A stretch of 64,000 nucleotides of DNA. Origin: Pirellulales bacterium. Lineage in GTDB: Bacteria; Planctomycetota; Planctomycetia; Pirellulales; PALSA-1355. The stretch's first letter is position 1; each line of letters begins with the position of its first letter. Both the position numbers and the translations under genes were made by a program. The DNA is taken from assembly GCA_963733035.1 (NCBI GenBank), contig CAVTBU010000005.1, positions 1,952,001-2,016,000 on the forward strand, given 5' to 3'. Below are positions 20,724 to 31,000 of this stretch, piece after piece. Under the pieces are notes generated by a model. That model did not search any database and was not told the origin of the DNA. It saw only the letters and a program-made list of their open reading frames with translations.

Positions 20724-21791
20724 CTAGAACGTTCCCTCGCTGATCGCCCTGGCCGCCTCTTGCGCCAGCGCCGCCACGTTCTTGTCGAAATGGGCGAAGC
20801 GTTCGTCCTTGGTGAAACCTTGCACGTAGCGGTAGTAGATCTGTTGCACGATCACGGCCACCTTGTACAGGCCAAAGGCGTAGTAGAACAGGACGTTCGA
20901 CGTGTCGTAACCGCTCTTCTCGCCGTAGTAGTCGGTAAGCTCGCGGCGAGTCATGCTGCCGGGAAGCTGCGTGGGACCAAACGAGTGCAGTTGCAGGGGC
21001 ATCGGATCCTTGGCTTCGACCCAGTAAGCCAACACGGTGCCAAAGTCCATCATGGGATCGCCCAGCGTGCACATTTCCCAATCGAGCACGGCCACGATCT
21101 TCGTCAGATCATTCGGGTCGAGCATGATGTTGTCGAATTTATAATCGTTGTGCACGAGTGTGCCGGCAACCTCGGGTGGCATGTGCTCGGGGAACCAGCC
21201 CATCAGGAACTCCATATCCTTCACCTGGTCGGTGCGACAGGCTTCGTAGCGCTTGTTCCACCCCCCGACTTGTCGACCGACATATCCAGCTGGTTTGCCA
21301 AGATCGCCTAGTCCGGCAGCCTGGTAGTCGATGTGGTGAAATTCCACCAGGTTGTCGATAAATGCCCGATTCAGCCTGGCGAGCGTTTGCGGATCCAGGT
21401 TTAGTCCCTCGGGAATCTTGCGACGCAGGACGACGCCATGTCGTCGCTCCATGCAGTAGAACGGCGCGCCGAGGATCGACTCGTCCTCGCAGTAAACCAG
21501 CGGACGCGGGGCGGGAGCGTATACCTGATGAAGCTTCGAGAGCACCTTGTATTCGCGACCCATGTCGTGCGCGCTTTTCACCCGGTTGCCAAACGGCGGA
21601 CGGCGGAGCACGAGTTCCGTTTCGCCAAGCTTGATTAGATAGGTCAGGTTCGACGCGCCGCCCGGGAACTGCTCGACCACGAGCGGCCCGTGCGCGTCGG
21701 GCAGCTCCTTGAGCAAATATTGCTCAAGGGCCGGCACGTTGAGTTCCTCGCCGGCCCGCACCGGCCGGGTGCTATCCAGGATCTCGCTCAT
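20724..21791 (-). CDS. APH-family phosphotransferase (ACAD10/11 kinase or LvaA-like)
   Basis: QFPGGASNLTY, LRRPP, AHDMGREY, VHNDYKFDN and LDWEM..LGDP. Confidence 0.92.
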   Translation of the reverse strand: MSEILDSTRPVRAGEELNVPALEQYLLKELPDAHGPLVVEQFPGGASNLTYLIKLGETELVLRRPPFGNRVKSAHDMGREYKVLSKLHQVYAPAPRPLVYCEDESILGAPFYCMERRHGVVLRRKIPEGLNLDPQTLARLNRAFIDNLVEFHHIDYQAAGLGDLGKPAGYVGRQVGGWNKRYEACRTDQVKDMEFLMGWFPEHMPPEVAGTLVHNDYKFDNIMLDPNDLTKIVAVLDWEMCTLGDPMMDFGTVLAYWVEAKDPMPLQLHSFGPTQLPGSMTRRELTDYYGEKSGYDTSNVLFYYAFGLYKVAVIVQQIYYRYVQGFTKDERFAHFDKNVAALAQEAARAISEGTF

Positions 21792-21861
21792 GGTTCACTC
21801 CAACTCTGCAAACAGAATCTCTTGATCCTTGCTTTCGTCGTATCGCTTCATACCTGGTGCG

Positions 21862-22581
21862 TCAACGAAACGTCCACATTTCCGGATCTTCCAAATGGGC
21901 CAGTGCGTTGAATCCTTCCAGCGTCACGCGGCCCGGGCTGAATACGAAGTCCGTCACGGAGCAGTTGCGAATTCGCCAGCCAAGGTCGAGCGATTTGGTG
22001 TCACTACAACCCAGCGCCGCCTGCAAACAAACGGTGATCGCACCCACCGAACTGAACGCCGCCACGCGACGCCCCCTTTTCTCGCGGTCGACAATCTGCC
22101 GCAGTCCGTTTCGCACGCGTTGTTGAAACTCGGCCCACGTCTCAAAACCGTCTGCGCCGATCTTGCCAGCCACCCACAGACCCACGACTTGTTCGAACAT
22201 CAACTGAAACGTGCGATGCTTGTCTTGCGGCTCCTGAGCTGCCTTGTAATCGGCTAGCAGCCCGCCAACGTGCGGAAACTCCTCGACGATCTGCCGGACG
22301 GTGGCTTTCATCAACCGGTCGACGTGATGCTCGTCTAGTTCCGGCACGATTTGCGGCTCGGGCCACTCGAGCCCCGCGCGGGCAAATGCTTCGCCGGCCA
22401 AGGCGGCGGTTTCGATCTGTCGGACGCGCGGGCCCGTGTAGATCTCATCGAAGCGCACGCCGCGTCGCAGCCAGTATTCTCCCAGCAGCCTTGCCTGCTG
22501 CTCGCCGAGCGGCGAGAGCTGATCGTAGTTGTCGGCGAAAAACGAAGCCTGCCCGTGCCTGACGAGCGCCAAACTACCCAT
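21862..22581 (-). CDS. Histidine phosphatase family protein
   Basis: LVRHGQASF..NYDQLS, RQIETA and LDEH; ATG at 22581. Confidence 0.9.
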   Translation of the reverse strand: MGSLALVRHGQASFFADNYDQLSPLGEQQARLLGEYWLRRGVRFDEIYTGPRVRQIETAALAGEAFARAGLEWPEPQIVPELDEHHVDRLMKATVRQIVEEFPHVGGLLADYKAAQEPQDKHRTFQLMFEQVVGLWVAGKIGADGFETWAEFQQRVRNGLRQIVDREKRGRRVAAFSSVGAITVCLQAALGCSDTKSLDLGWRIRNCSVTDFVFSPGRVTLEGFNALAHLEDPEMWTFR

Positions 22582-22606
22582 TGTCTTGGTGTGCCTCTTA
22601 AGTCGA

Positions 22607-23398
22607 TTACATCGTGACGTCACTGCCGGACGCGCGGATTTGGTCTTGCAAGCGCCGCATGCCACGAATCCAGCGATCATGATCCACTGCCTTGCGCTGG
22701 CAATACTCCGCCACAATGGGATGGGGCAAAATCAAGAATTTCTCCGTCGCCAATCCCTGGATCACGAACTCTGCCACTTCCTCGGGTGAGATTGCCTCGG
22801 CTCGCAAGAATTTCGTGGCTTCGCCCACATCTGGCCCCATCAGCATGTTCGTGAATACACCCTGCGGGCAAAGGCACGAAACTTTGATGGCCGGCCCATG
22901 CGTAATCGAAAGCCACTCGGCCAGCGCCACAGCGGCATGCTTTGTGACGGAGTACGGGGCGCTGCCGATCGCCGAAAGCAGTCCGGCGGCCGAAGCCGTC
23001 TGCAGTAGGTAACCGTCGCCCCGCTTTAGCATCTGCGGCAACACGGCCCGAGCAGCGTACACGTGGGCCATCAGGTTGACTTCCCAAATCCGCTGCCAGT
23101 CGGCGTCCGGTGCCTCGACACCGCCGCCGGTCGCAATGCCGGCGTTGGAACAGAACAGATCGATCTGACCGAACTGGCTGGTGGCCTCGTCGACCAAGCG
23201 GCGCATGTCGTCTTCGCGGGCGACGTCAACCACGACTGGCAAGCCACCGATTTCCTCGGCGGCCGCTTGCGTCGCGCGGGGTTCGCAATCGGCGACAACG
23301 ACACCGCGCGCCCCCTCGATGGCAAAGCGGCGACAGAGCGCCCGACCAATGCCGTTGGCACCTCCTGTGACGACGGCGACTTTGTCTTTGAGTTGCAT
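22607..23398 (-). CDS. Short-chain dehydrogenase/reductase
   Basis: [13 protein letters not shown] and YSVTK catalytic motif. Confidence 0.95.
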   Translation of the reverse strand: MQLKDKVAVVTGGANGIGRALCRRFAIEGARGVVVADCEPRATQAAAEEIGGLPVVVDVAREDDMRRLVDEATSQFGQIDLFCSNAGIATGGGVEAPDADWQRIWEVNLMAHVYAARAVLPQMLKRGDGYLLQTASAAGLLSAIGSAPYSVTKHAAVALAEWLSITHGPAIKVSCLCPQGVFTNMLMGPDVGEATKFLRAEAISPEEVAEFVIQGLATEKFLILPHPIVAEYCQRKAVDHDRWIRGMRRLQDQIRASGSDVTM

Positions 23399-23499
23399 GA
23401 TGAGCCCCTACGATAGGTCAAACGAGTCAGCTTACCCAGACCGCGAGCGAACGCCGCCAACCGGGCATACGTTCGTTCGCGCCCTAGTCGAGGTTGCAC

Positions 23500-24702
23500 C
23501 TACGAGTACTTTCTCAACTCTTGTTTGGCAATCGACTCGCGGTGGACCTCATCCGGGCCGTCTGCCAAACGAAGCGTGCGGGCACTTGCCCAGGCATCCG
23601 CCAGAGGGAAATCTCCACACACGCCGGCACCGCCGTGGGCTTGAATCGCCCGGTCGATCACCCGCAAGGCCATGTTCGGCGCAATTACCTTGATCATCGC
23701 AATTTCGCTTCGTGCAACCTTGTTTCCGACCGTGTCCATCATGTAGGCGGCCTTAAGTGTCAGCAGTCTGGCTTGTTCGATTTCGATTCGCGAATCGGCG
23801 ATGTCGGCCCGAACGGTTCCCTGGGCTGCAATGGGTTTGCCGAACGCCACGCGACTCTGCACACGTTTGCACAAAAGTTCCAGCGCGCGCTCGGCCTGAC
23901 CGATCAATCGCATGCAGTGATGAATGCGCCCCGGACCGAGTCGACCTTGCGCGATCTCAAAACCGCGCCCTTCGCCCAGAAGCAGATTGGATGCCGGCAC
24001 ACGAACGTTCTCGTAAGTCACTTCGGCATGTCCATGGGGTGCGTGGTCGTAGCCGAAGACTGTCAGCATCCTGTCGATTTTCACGCCGGGCGTGTCGAAC
24101 GGCACCAGGATCATCGACTGTTGCTTGTGCGTTTCGGCCGACGGATCGGTCTTGCCCATGAAAATTGCGATCTTGCAGCGGGGATCGCCGGCTCCCGAGC
24201 TCCACCACTTGCGTCCATTGATCACATAACTATCGCCGTCGCGGCGAATGCTCGACTGGATGTTCGTGGCGTCGCTCGAAGCCACCTCGGGTTCGGTCAT
24301 GGCGAAGCAGGAACGAATTTCTCCGGCCAACAACGGTGCGAGCCATTGCTTTTGTTGCTCGGGCGTGCCGTACTGAGCCAGGACTTCCATGTTGCCGGTG
24401 TCCGGGGCCGAACAGTTGAACACTTCTGGCGCCATGTGCGAACGGCCCATGATCTCGCAGAGCGGAGCGTATTCCAGGTTGGTCGGGCCGGCGCCGTGCT
24501 CCTTGTCGGGCAGAAAAAGGTTCCAGAGGCCGGCCGCCCGAGCTTTGGGTTTTAATTCCTCGATGATCTTTGCCGGCTGCCATCGATCGCCGGTGTTGAT
24601 CTCATCGTGCCACCGCGATTCGTTGGGGTAGATGTGTTCGTCCATGAACGCGGTCAGCCGCCGCTGCAAATCCTTGACCTTGTCGGAATGCTCAAAGTGC
24701 AT
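23500..24702 (-). CDS. Acyl-CoA dehydrogenase (ACAD10/11- or LvaC-like)
   Basis: [50 protein letters not shown] and [10 protein letters not shown]. Confidence 0.95.
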   Translation of the reverse strand: MHFEHSDKVKDLQRRLTAFMDEHIYPNESRWHDEINTGDRWQPAKIIEELKPKARAAGLWNLFLPDKEHGAGPTNLEYAPLCEIMGRSHMAPEVFNCSAPDTGNMEVLAQYGTPEQQKQWLAPLLAGEIRSCFAMTEPEVASSDATNIQSSIRRDGDSYVINGRKWWSSGAGDPRCKIAIFMGKTDPSAETHKQQSMILVPFDTPGVKIDRMLTVFGYDHAPHGHAEVTYENVRVPASNLLLGEGRGFEIAQGRLGPGRIHHCMRLIGQAERALELLCKRVQSRVAFGKPIAAQGTVRADIADSRIEIEQARLLTLKAAYMMDTVGNKVARSEIAMIKVIAPNMALRVIDRAIQAHGGAGVCGDFPLADAWASARTLRLADGPDEVHRESIAKQELRKYS

Positions 24703-24873
24703 GATGACCGCCCTTTCGCACAACCAAAATTGTGAACTCCACCGCCTGACGTGCGGTTAAAATCTCAGAAAACCACCCACATCGTCGAGTTCTCAGATGG
24801 ACGCCCGCGGGCAGGCCGCCGCTGCGTAAGGAATTGACAGAGGCCCTGATTGCCCGACCAACGCGCGTGTGGG

Positions 24874-24902
24874 TTTACATCCTACCGAACGGACGGTAGA
24901 TT
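24874..24902 (+). promoter_or_regulatory. Putative sigma70-type promoter for the ACAD-gluQ pair
   Basis: TTTACA, 17 nt, TAGATT, 50 nt upstream of ATG 24952. Confidence 0.5.
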
Positions 24903-24951
24903 CGCTATCAGGGGCCTCACTTTTCCCAACCTCCTTTCGCCAGGAACTCCC

Positions 24952-26130
24952 ATGACCTCCGACAGCCAGAAGGTGCTGGCCGACGTCGACGCCTATTGCC
25001 AGGAATTGCGGCCCATCGAGGAATTGTGCTATTTGGAGCACCGATACAACCAGGCCACGGTTGATCTGGCAAGGAAATACAACCTGTTGGGGATTCCCGT
25101 TCCAGTCGAGTATGGCGGACGCGGTGCGGATGCGCTGACTTACGCCCGAGCCCTGGCGCGAATCGGTCGCGAGGGAACCGGCGTGCGGACGTTCTTTTCT
25201 GGTCAAACGTCGATCGGCCAGTATCCGATCATGCGCTACGGCGATGTCGAGCAACACAAGCGCTATCTGCCGGCCTCGTGCCGGGGCGAGAAGATTCTGG
25301 CCTTTGGGCTCACCGAACCCGATGCCGGTTCGAACCCCTTGGAAATGACCAGCACGTATCGCCGTAGCGGCGACAAATTCTTGCTCAACGGCGTCAAGTA
25401 CTTGATCTCCAATGGCGGCATTGCCGACGCAGTGGTCTGTTTTGCGTATCCTGAGGACAAGACCGGCAAGGACCGCCGCATGAGCGCATTCATCGTCGAT
25501 ACGGCGGGCGATACGTTCGAGGCGGAGGATCTTTCGGCCAAGCCCGGGATGTACAGCGCCAACACCGGCATGTTTCAGATGACCGACCATCCGGTGCCAG
25601 CGGAAAACCTGCTCGGCGAGGAAGGCAATGGTTTCCGCGTCGCCATGGGGACCCTCGTTTCAGGCCGGCTGAGCGTGGCGGCCGGCTGCCTGGGGGTCAT
25701 TGAAGACTGCCTGACGGAGGCAATCGAGTATTCCAAGACACGAATCCAGCATGGCAAGCCGATCGGCAAGCATCAACTTGTGCAAGAACATCTGGCACTG
25801 ATTGAAATGGGGCGTGCAACCAGCGATGCTCTGATTGAGCGCGCAGCCGTTGCCAAGGGTATCAGCGACAAGGCGCCCGGCGACAAACAGCTCTTGGCCG
25901 AGGCAGACATCCGCGTGGCCCAGGCAAAGTTCTGTGCGTCGAACGCGGCGTGGGATGCGGCCGACCGGGCCGTCCAGATTTATGGCGGCCGCGGTTGGAG
26001 CGAGCTCTATCGCGTCGGGCGGCATTTGCAGGACGTACGCGTCTGCCGCATCTACGAGGGGACCGACGAGATCATGAAACTCAAGATCGCGTCGTCGCTG
26101 TTGGGCAAGGACTTTGCCGCGTTCGGCTGA
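24952..26130 (+). CDS. Acyl-CoA dehydrogenase family protein
   Basis: FGLTEPDAGSN, LNGVKYLISNG, R.QHGKPI, VQIYGGRG and IYEGTDEI. Confidence 0.93.
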   Translation: MTSDSQKVLADVDAYCQELRPIEELCYLEHRYNQATVDLARKYNLLGIPVPVEYGGRGADALTYARALARIGREGTGVRTFFSGQTSIGQYPIMRYGDVEQHKRYLPASCRGEKILAFGLTEPDAGSNPLEMTSTYRRSGDKFLLNGVKYLISNGGIADAVVCFAYPEDKTGKDRRMSAFIVDTAGDTFEAEDLSAKPGMYSANTGMFQMTDHPVPAENLLGEEGNGFRVAMGTLVSGRLSVAAGCLGVIEDCLTEAIEYSKTRIQHGKPIGKHQLVQEHLALIEMGRATSDALIERAAVAKGISDKAPGDKQLLAEADIRVAQAKFCASNAAWDAADRAVQIYGGRGWSELYRVGRHLQDVRVCRIYEGTDEIMKLKIASSLLGKDFAAFG

Positions 26131-26170
26131 TTTAGCCCTCCGCATGTCGCGAGGGGCGTGTTGCGTGACG

Positions 26171-27070
26171 ATGATGCAACCCCCGCAATTTTCTTCCTCG
26201 ACCTATCGTGGCCGCATTGCCCCCACGCCGAGCGGCCCCTTGCATCTCGGTCACGCGCTGACGTTTTGGACTGCCCAGCAACGCGCCATCGAAAGTGGCG
26301 GCATCCTGATCCTACGCAACGAAGATCTCGATCCGGACCGCTGCAAGCCGCAATACGCGGCGCAAATGTTCGACGATCTGCGATGGTTTGGCCTTCGCTG
26401 GCAGGAAGGTCCGGACGTTGGCGGTCCGTTTGCGCCCTACGTGCAGAGTGAGCGCCGCGCGCTGTACCTGGAGACCTGGCGGCTGCTCGTGGCCGTCGGC
26501 GCTATCTATCCTAGTCCGCATTCTCGCAAGGACATTGCCGAAGCGCTGCTCGCACCGCACGATGAACCGCGCGGCGCGGCGGCCTCAATGGAGCAGATCT
26601 TTCCGACCGAGTTGCGGCCGACATCGCCAGTGGTGCCTCCAAGCACACCTGGCGACGTCAACTGGCGGTTCCGCGTGCCCGACGGCGAGGTAATTGCCTT
26701 CATGGATGCTCGTCACGGACGCGTCGAGCGCACGGCTGGCGTCGATTTTGGCGACTTTCTTGTCTGGCGCAAGGACGGCTATCCATCGTATGAATTGGCC
26801 GTCGTACACGACGACCACGCCATGCGGATTAGCGAAGTCGTGCGCGGGGAGGATTTACTGACCTCGACCGCCCGGCAGCTTCTGCTTTATCGTGCGCTCG
26901 ATTGGCCACCGCCGACGTTCTATCACTGCCCGCTAGTCCGCGACGAGCGCGGTCAGCGATTGGCGAAGCGTGCCGACGCGGTATCTCTGGCGCGTTTGCG
27001 TGCTGCCGGTAAATCTCCGGAAGCATTGCGCCTCGAAACCAGGCCGCCCGATAGAGCCACGGGTTCGTAG
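26171..27070 (+). CDS. gluQ: Glutamyl-Q tRNA(Asp) synthetase
   Basis: GRIAPTPSGPLHLGH, LRNEDLD, QSER, GDF...RKDG, VVRGEDLL.ST.RQ and RLAKR; no anticodon-binding domain. Confidence 0.88.
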   Translation: MMQPPQFSSSTYRGRIAPTPSGPLHLGHALTFWTAQQRAIESGGILILRNEDLDPDRCKPQYAAQMFDDLRWFGLRWQEGPDVGGPFAPYVQSERRALYLETWRLLVAVGAIYPSPHSRKDIAEALLAPHDEPRGAAASMEQIFPTELRPTSPVVPPSTPGDVNWRFRVPDGEVIAFMDARHGRVERTAGVDFGDFLVWRKDGYPSYELAVVHDDHAMRISEVVRGEDLLTSTARQLLLYRALDWPPPTFYHCPLVRDERGQRLAKRADAVSLARLRAAGKSPEALRLETRPPDRATGS

Positions 27071-27075
27071 GCAAC

Positions 27076-27546
27076 TCAGGCCTCATTCAATTGTTTGCGC
27101 ACGGCATTCCATGCGTGTCGAATCACCTGATCGGCGGCCGCCTTGATCAGCGTGGGGCTGACCGCAGAAAGCAGTCCTTTGAGTTGTTCAACGTGCGCGG
27201 TCCAAATGAGCCGAGATCCCTCTCCCTCGGGCAAGACCTGCATTTGCGAAACGACGCTCATCCCAACGCCGATCCCTTGAGCCTCGACGTTCATCGCGGC
27301 CTTCTCGGGAGAATGGCAATCGCCAAGCGAAATCGTCAGCCGCATCGTGCCACGAAGAAAGGAGAAGCCCGGCTTGACGACACACTTCATCGACCGTTCG
27401 TCAACTTTTTCAGAAGACACGAGATCGGGAATCGTGGTCGCCATCGCATCCAGGTCGGTTAACAACGCATAGACGAGCTGCTGAGAGGCCGCGAATTGCT
27501 CCTCTCCGCCAAACTCGATTGGTTCTTTGGCCACGTGATACTCCAC
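27076..27546 (-). CDS. SRPBCC/CoxG-like ligand-binding protein
   Basis: FGGEEQF.A....VY.LLTD...M...IP and the C-terminal helix pattern of CoxG. Confidence 0.8.
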   Translation of the reverse strand: MEYHVAKEPIEFGGEEQFAASQQLVYALLTDLDAMATTIPDLVSSEKVDERSMKCVVKPGFSFLRGTMRLTISLGDCHSPEKAAMNVEAQGIGVGMSVVSQMQVLPEGEGSRLIWTAHVEQLKGLLSAVSPTLIKAAADQVIRHAWNAVRKQLNEA

Positions 27547-27578
27547 CTAGGAATCGAGCGGTGCGTATTGACTCCGCA

Positions 27579-29437
27579 CTAGGGCAACGGTGCGCCGCCT
27601 TGGAACATCTGTCCGACGGCGCCAATGAACTGGCCGATACCCGCCACGACGTCGTCGGGCAACACCAGTTCGGCGTCGAGGCCGGTTTCACTCACTCGAG
27701 CCGCGACCCCAATCGGCTCGCTGGGCGGAAACGCCGGTAATTGAAATTCGCCTCCCAGCATGGCCTTCATAAACGAGCCGATCAGTTGCACGACGCCCTG
27801 GGGATTGGCATACCCCATCCACTGGCTCCCCGCGGGCAGCATGGCTGTCGTCTTGGCGATGTCGCCGTCGGACTCGAGTCCCTTGGCCCCCGAGCGAACG
27901 TGTTCCACGCCGCGCACCAACTGTTCACGGCTATAAGCACTGACGACCACGTGGTCATTGGCCTTGGTTACGTACATGCGAATCTTGCCTTCGCGGCCAA
28001 ACATCATATCGAAGATCCCGCGGGCCTGGTTGGCACCCCCAGCGCCACCACCCTGGATCTCAGCCAGGGAGTCGAAATTCGTTACTAACTCGATGGCGTC
28101 GATTTCGCCCACCTTTAGGTCATTGACTTCATACATCGGAGCTTGCGTCTTGGGATTGCGCATCGAAAGTGCTAACAATTCGAGTGCCTCGCGGGTGAGC
28201 TTTAAATGTTCGTCGGCATTTTTCACGTGTTCAATGCTGATCGCGGTCGAGAAGAGCGAATCGCCGGGCGCATCATTCCCATCACACCTCCGGAATAAAC
28301 CTTTCCCGCCTGGAGCTGCTCGCTCAGGGCCATGTAGGCTTTGCGTCGCTCTTTGTCGAGCCCCATCATCTGCATACCGTTTGCGCTGAAGCGGCTGATC
28401 AGGGCCCAGACTTCAGGGCTGAACTGCGCCGAAACGCCGCCGTAGGCAAACACGTAGTCCCCGGGGGGAACTCCAGCCAGCAAGCCTTCGGAAGGCACCT
28501 TGATGTTCTTCGCCCAGGAGGCGAGCTTTCCGTCGGGTACGAACAACGCGCGAACCGCGACGTGCAAGGTCGCGGTGTCCTCGATGCGGACACCAGCTGC
28601 GAGATGCGTCAGTTGCTCGTCGGCGGCGATCAACAACTCTTTGAACATGCCGAACATTTGGCCGACACCCGCCAGTGCATTGGCCTCGGCCGTTACCTCG
28701 GCATCGACTTCGTCATCTTTGTCGTCCGAATCATCCTCCTCGGCGTCGCCCTTTTGGTCTTTGTCTGCATCTTCGTCGTCATCCGTGCCAGGCTTGAGAC
28801 CGGCCTCGATTTGCTTTTGCGTGGGCATCGCCGCGGCCAGCGACTGGAACAGCTTGGTTTTTCCCGACGGCGTTACCACAACCGCCAATTGCTGTTCCCC
28901 GATCCAGGATTTGAGCGGTTCGACCGTCGAAATGACCGACGTCTTGCTCGACAACACCTTTTCCAAGAGAGCTTTGTGCTGGGGGTTGACGGCAAAGACT
29001 GCGAAGTCACCCTTCCGACCCACGAGCATCGATTGGCCAAATACGGTGACCTTGGTAATCGCGGCGTCTGCGTCTTGCGGAGATAGCGTGCCGATGAACT
29101 GTTTGTAGTCGCTGACCGGCGCGAAACCGAACCAACCCAAGTCGGCGATACCTTTGTCGCCAGTTGGCAGGACGGCAATGGCCAAACCTCCCTTTTCGTC
29201 GAGCCCTTGATCAACGCCAGCCATACCCTTGACCATTTCGAGCAAGTCGGGCACCGGCAGCTGCATTTTAGCGGTCAGCTTGCCCACTCTAGCGTTCGCA
29301 TCACTCAGATCGTGGATCACCGCAAAGCCGTAGGCGTCGTCAGGAATCACTTCCAGCGGATTGGACTGGGCCAACAGTGTGGCTGTCATGGCCAAACACA
29401 CAAATGGCGCGGCCAGCAACGAGTGTGCGCGTGTCAT
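27579..29437 (-). CDS. Large secreted hypothetical protein; one apparent frameshift near 28262
   Basis: Signal peptide MTRAHSLLAAPFVCLAMTATLLAQ, PLEVIPDDAYGF start and an acidic insert; ORFs 28223..29602 and 27579..28226 join. Confidence 0.7.
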
Positions 29438-29522
29438 CGATGAGCTCCGTAAGGATGCCGGGCGAGGGGAGGTTCCGCCAAAAGCTGCCCAATTGTAACC
29501 TTCGCCGCAAATTCCGACCAGT

Positions 29523-30769
29523 TTATGCGCCGCGCGATGCCGAATCAGTTCGAGCAAACGATTGGCCATGCTCACGGCGAATGCCGAGTCGTTGATATGC
29601 AAGTCGAGCTGCCGAATGTCCAGTTGCGGGCCATTTTCTCGTATCGCGCCAAGAGCGCGCCGCGGGCGAGTGGATCGTCGAAAGGCTGATCTGCCCGGTC
29701 AATCGCCGAAACTCCTCGACTGGGTAGAAAGACAGTGACCGGCGCCGTAGCTTGCGACAACTTGCGTCCGATGTCTGCGCCGATCCGCGCGCATTCGTCC
29801 ACAGTTGTGCGCATGAGCGTCACGCTGGGATTGTGACGATAGAACTTCCGGGTCGAGAACTCCGCGGGAACCGTTTCTGGCGCATGAAAATTCACCATGT
29901 CCGTGGCACCCACCGATACGACTTGGGGTACGCCAGCCTGGGCGGCCGCCGTGAGCCGCTGGGGGCCGGCCGAAAGAACACCGCCGACTAATTCATCGGC
30001 AAGCTCGGTCGTCGTGATGTCAAGCACGCCCGCGAACATGCCATCGCGGACCAGCGACTCCATTGCCATGCCGCCGCTGCCAGTGGCATGAAACACCAGC
30101 ACTTCGTAGCCGGCTGCTTCGAGGACCTGTTTGGCTTGCTCGACGCAGGGCGTGGTGACACCAAACATCGTGGCAGCGATCAGCGGACGAGGCGCGCTTT
30201 GCGTGGCGGCTTTCTCTAGCAACACCATGCCGGCCAGCGCGAGCCGCTTCGCCGAGGACTTCGCGGGTGACGCGATTGAGCCCGGCAATGTCGACAATGG
30301 CGTTGAGCATCAGGATGTCTTTGTCACCCACGTAGTGCCGAACCTGCCCCGAGGCAAGCGTGCTGACCATGACTTTCGGGATGCCGATCGGCAAAGCGCG
30401 CATGGCGGCGGTGCCGATCGTGGTTCCGGCCGAGCCGCCCAGTCCAATGACGCCAGCGACGTTCCCATTTGCATGCGCCTTCGCAATGAACGCGGTGGCG
30501 GCACGAGCGGCAGCACTCACGGCGGCCCCGCGATCACCGGCGGTGGCCAGGCGCGCGGCGTCTTCTCCGGCCGCGGCAAAGAACTCTCTTCGGTCGACGG
30601 TCGGCGGGACGGTCGGCGGCGCCAAGCAGCCAGCGTCGACCAACTGCACTGGAATTCCATACCCTGCCAACAGACTGCGTACGAACTCCGCCTCGGCCCC
30701 CTTGGTATCCAGCGTGGCAATGACGAACACGATGCGATGCGTGGCTGGTTCGACGGAAGACGAAGACAT
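29523..30769 (-). CDS. Tm-1-like ATP-binding domain protein (UPF0261); apparent frameshifts, 3' end approximate
   Basis: ATLDTKG.E, GLGGSAGT, PKVMVSTLASG, TMFGVTTPCV, FHATGSGG.AME, DITTTELADE, HNPSVTLMRT and HIND. Confidence 0.88.
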
Positions 30770-31000
30770 GAAACGGGTCCCGTATCGACACGGCCGGCAG
30801 AAACATCCCCCGCTGGGGGCAGCCAATTAATGTATCGCCTAGTGGCTGGCAACGAAAACCGACGGCAAGAACCTGCATTTTCCCCACGGAGGTTTCTATT
30901 CTCGCCCGGTGCGGCCGCCGCTATAATTCCGCCTCGAAAAAACTGGAGCAGACGGCCATCCAGCCCATCTCTTTGCCATGGCCGTATTCGGAGAGCTTGC

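Noticed and set aside
30131..31000. 743-aa ORF suggesting an MFS with a long N-terminal domain
   Set aside because: The first 290 codons are the antisense shadow of the Tm-1-like gene; a better start is TTG 31001.
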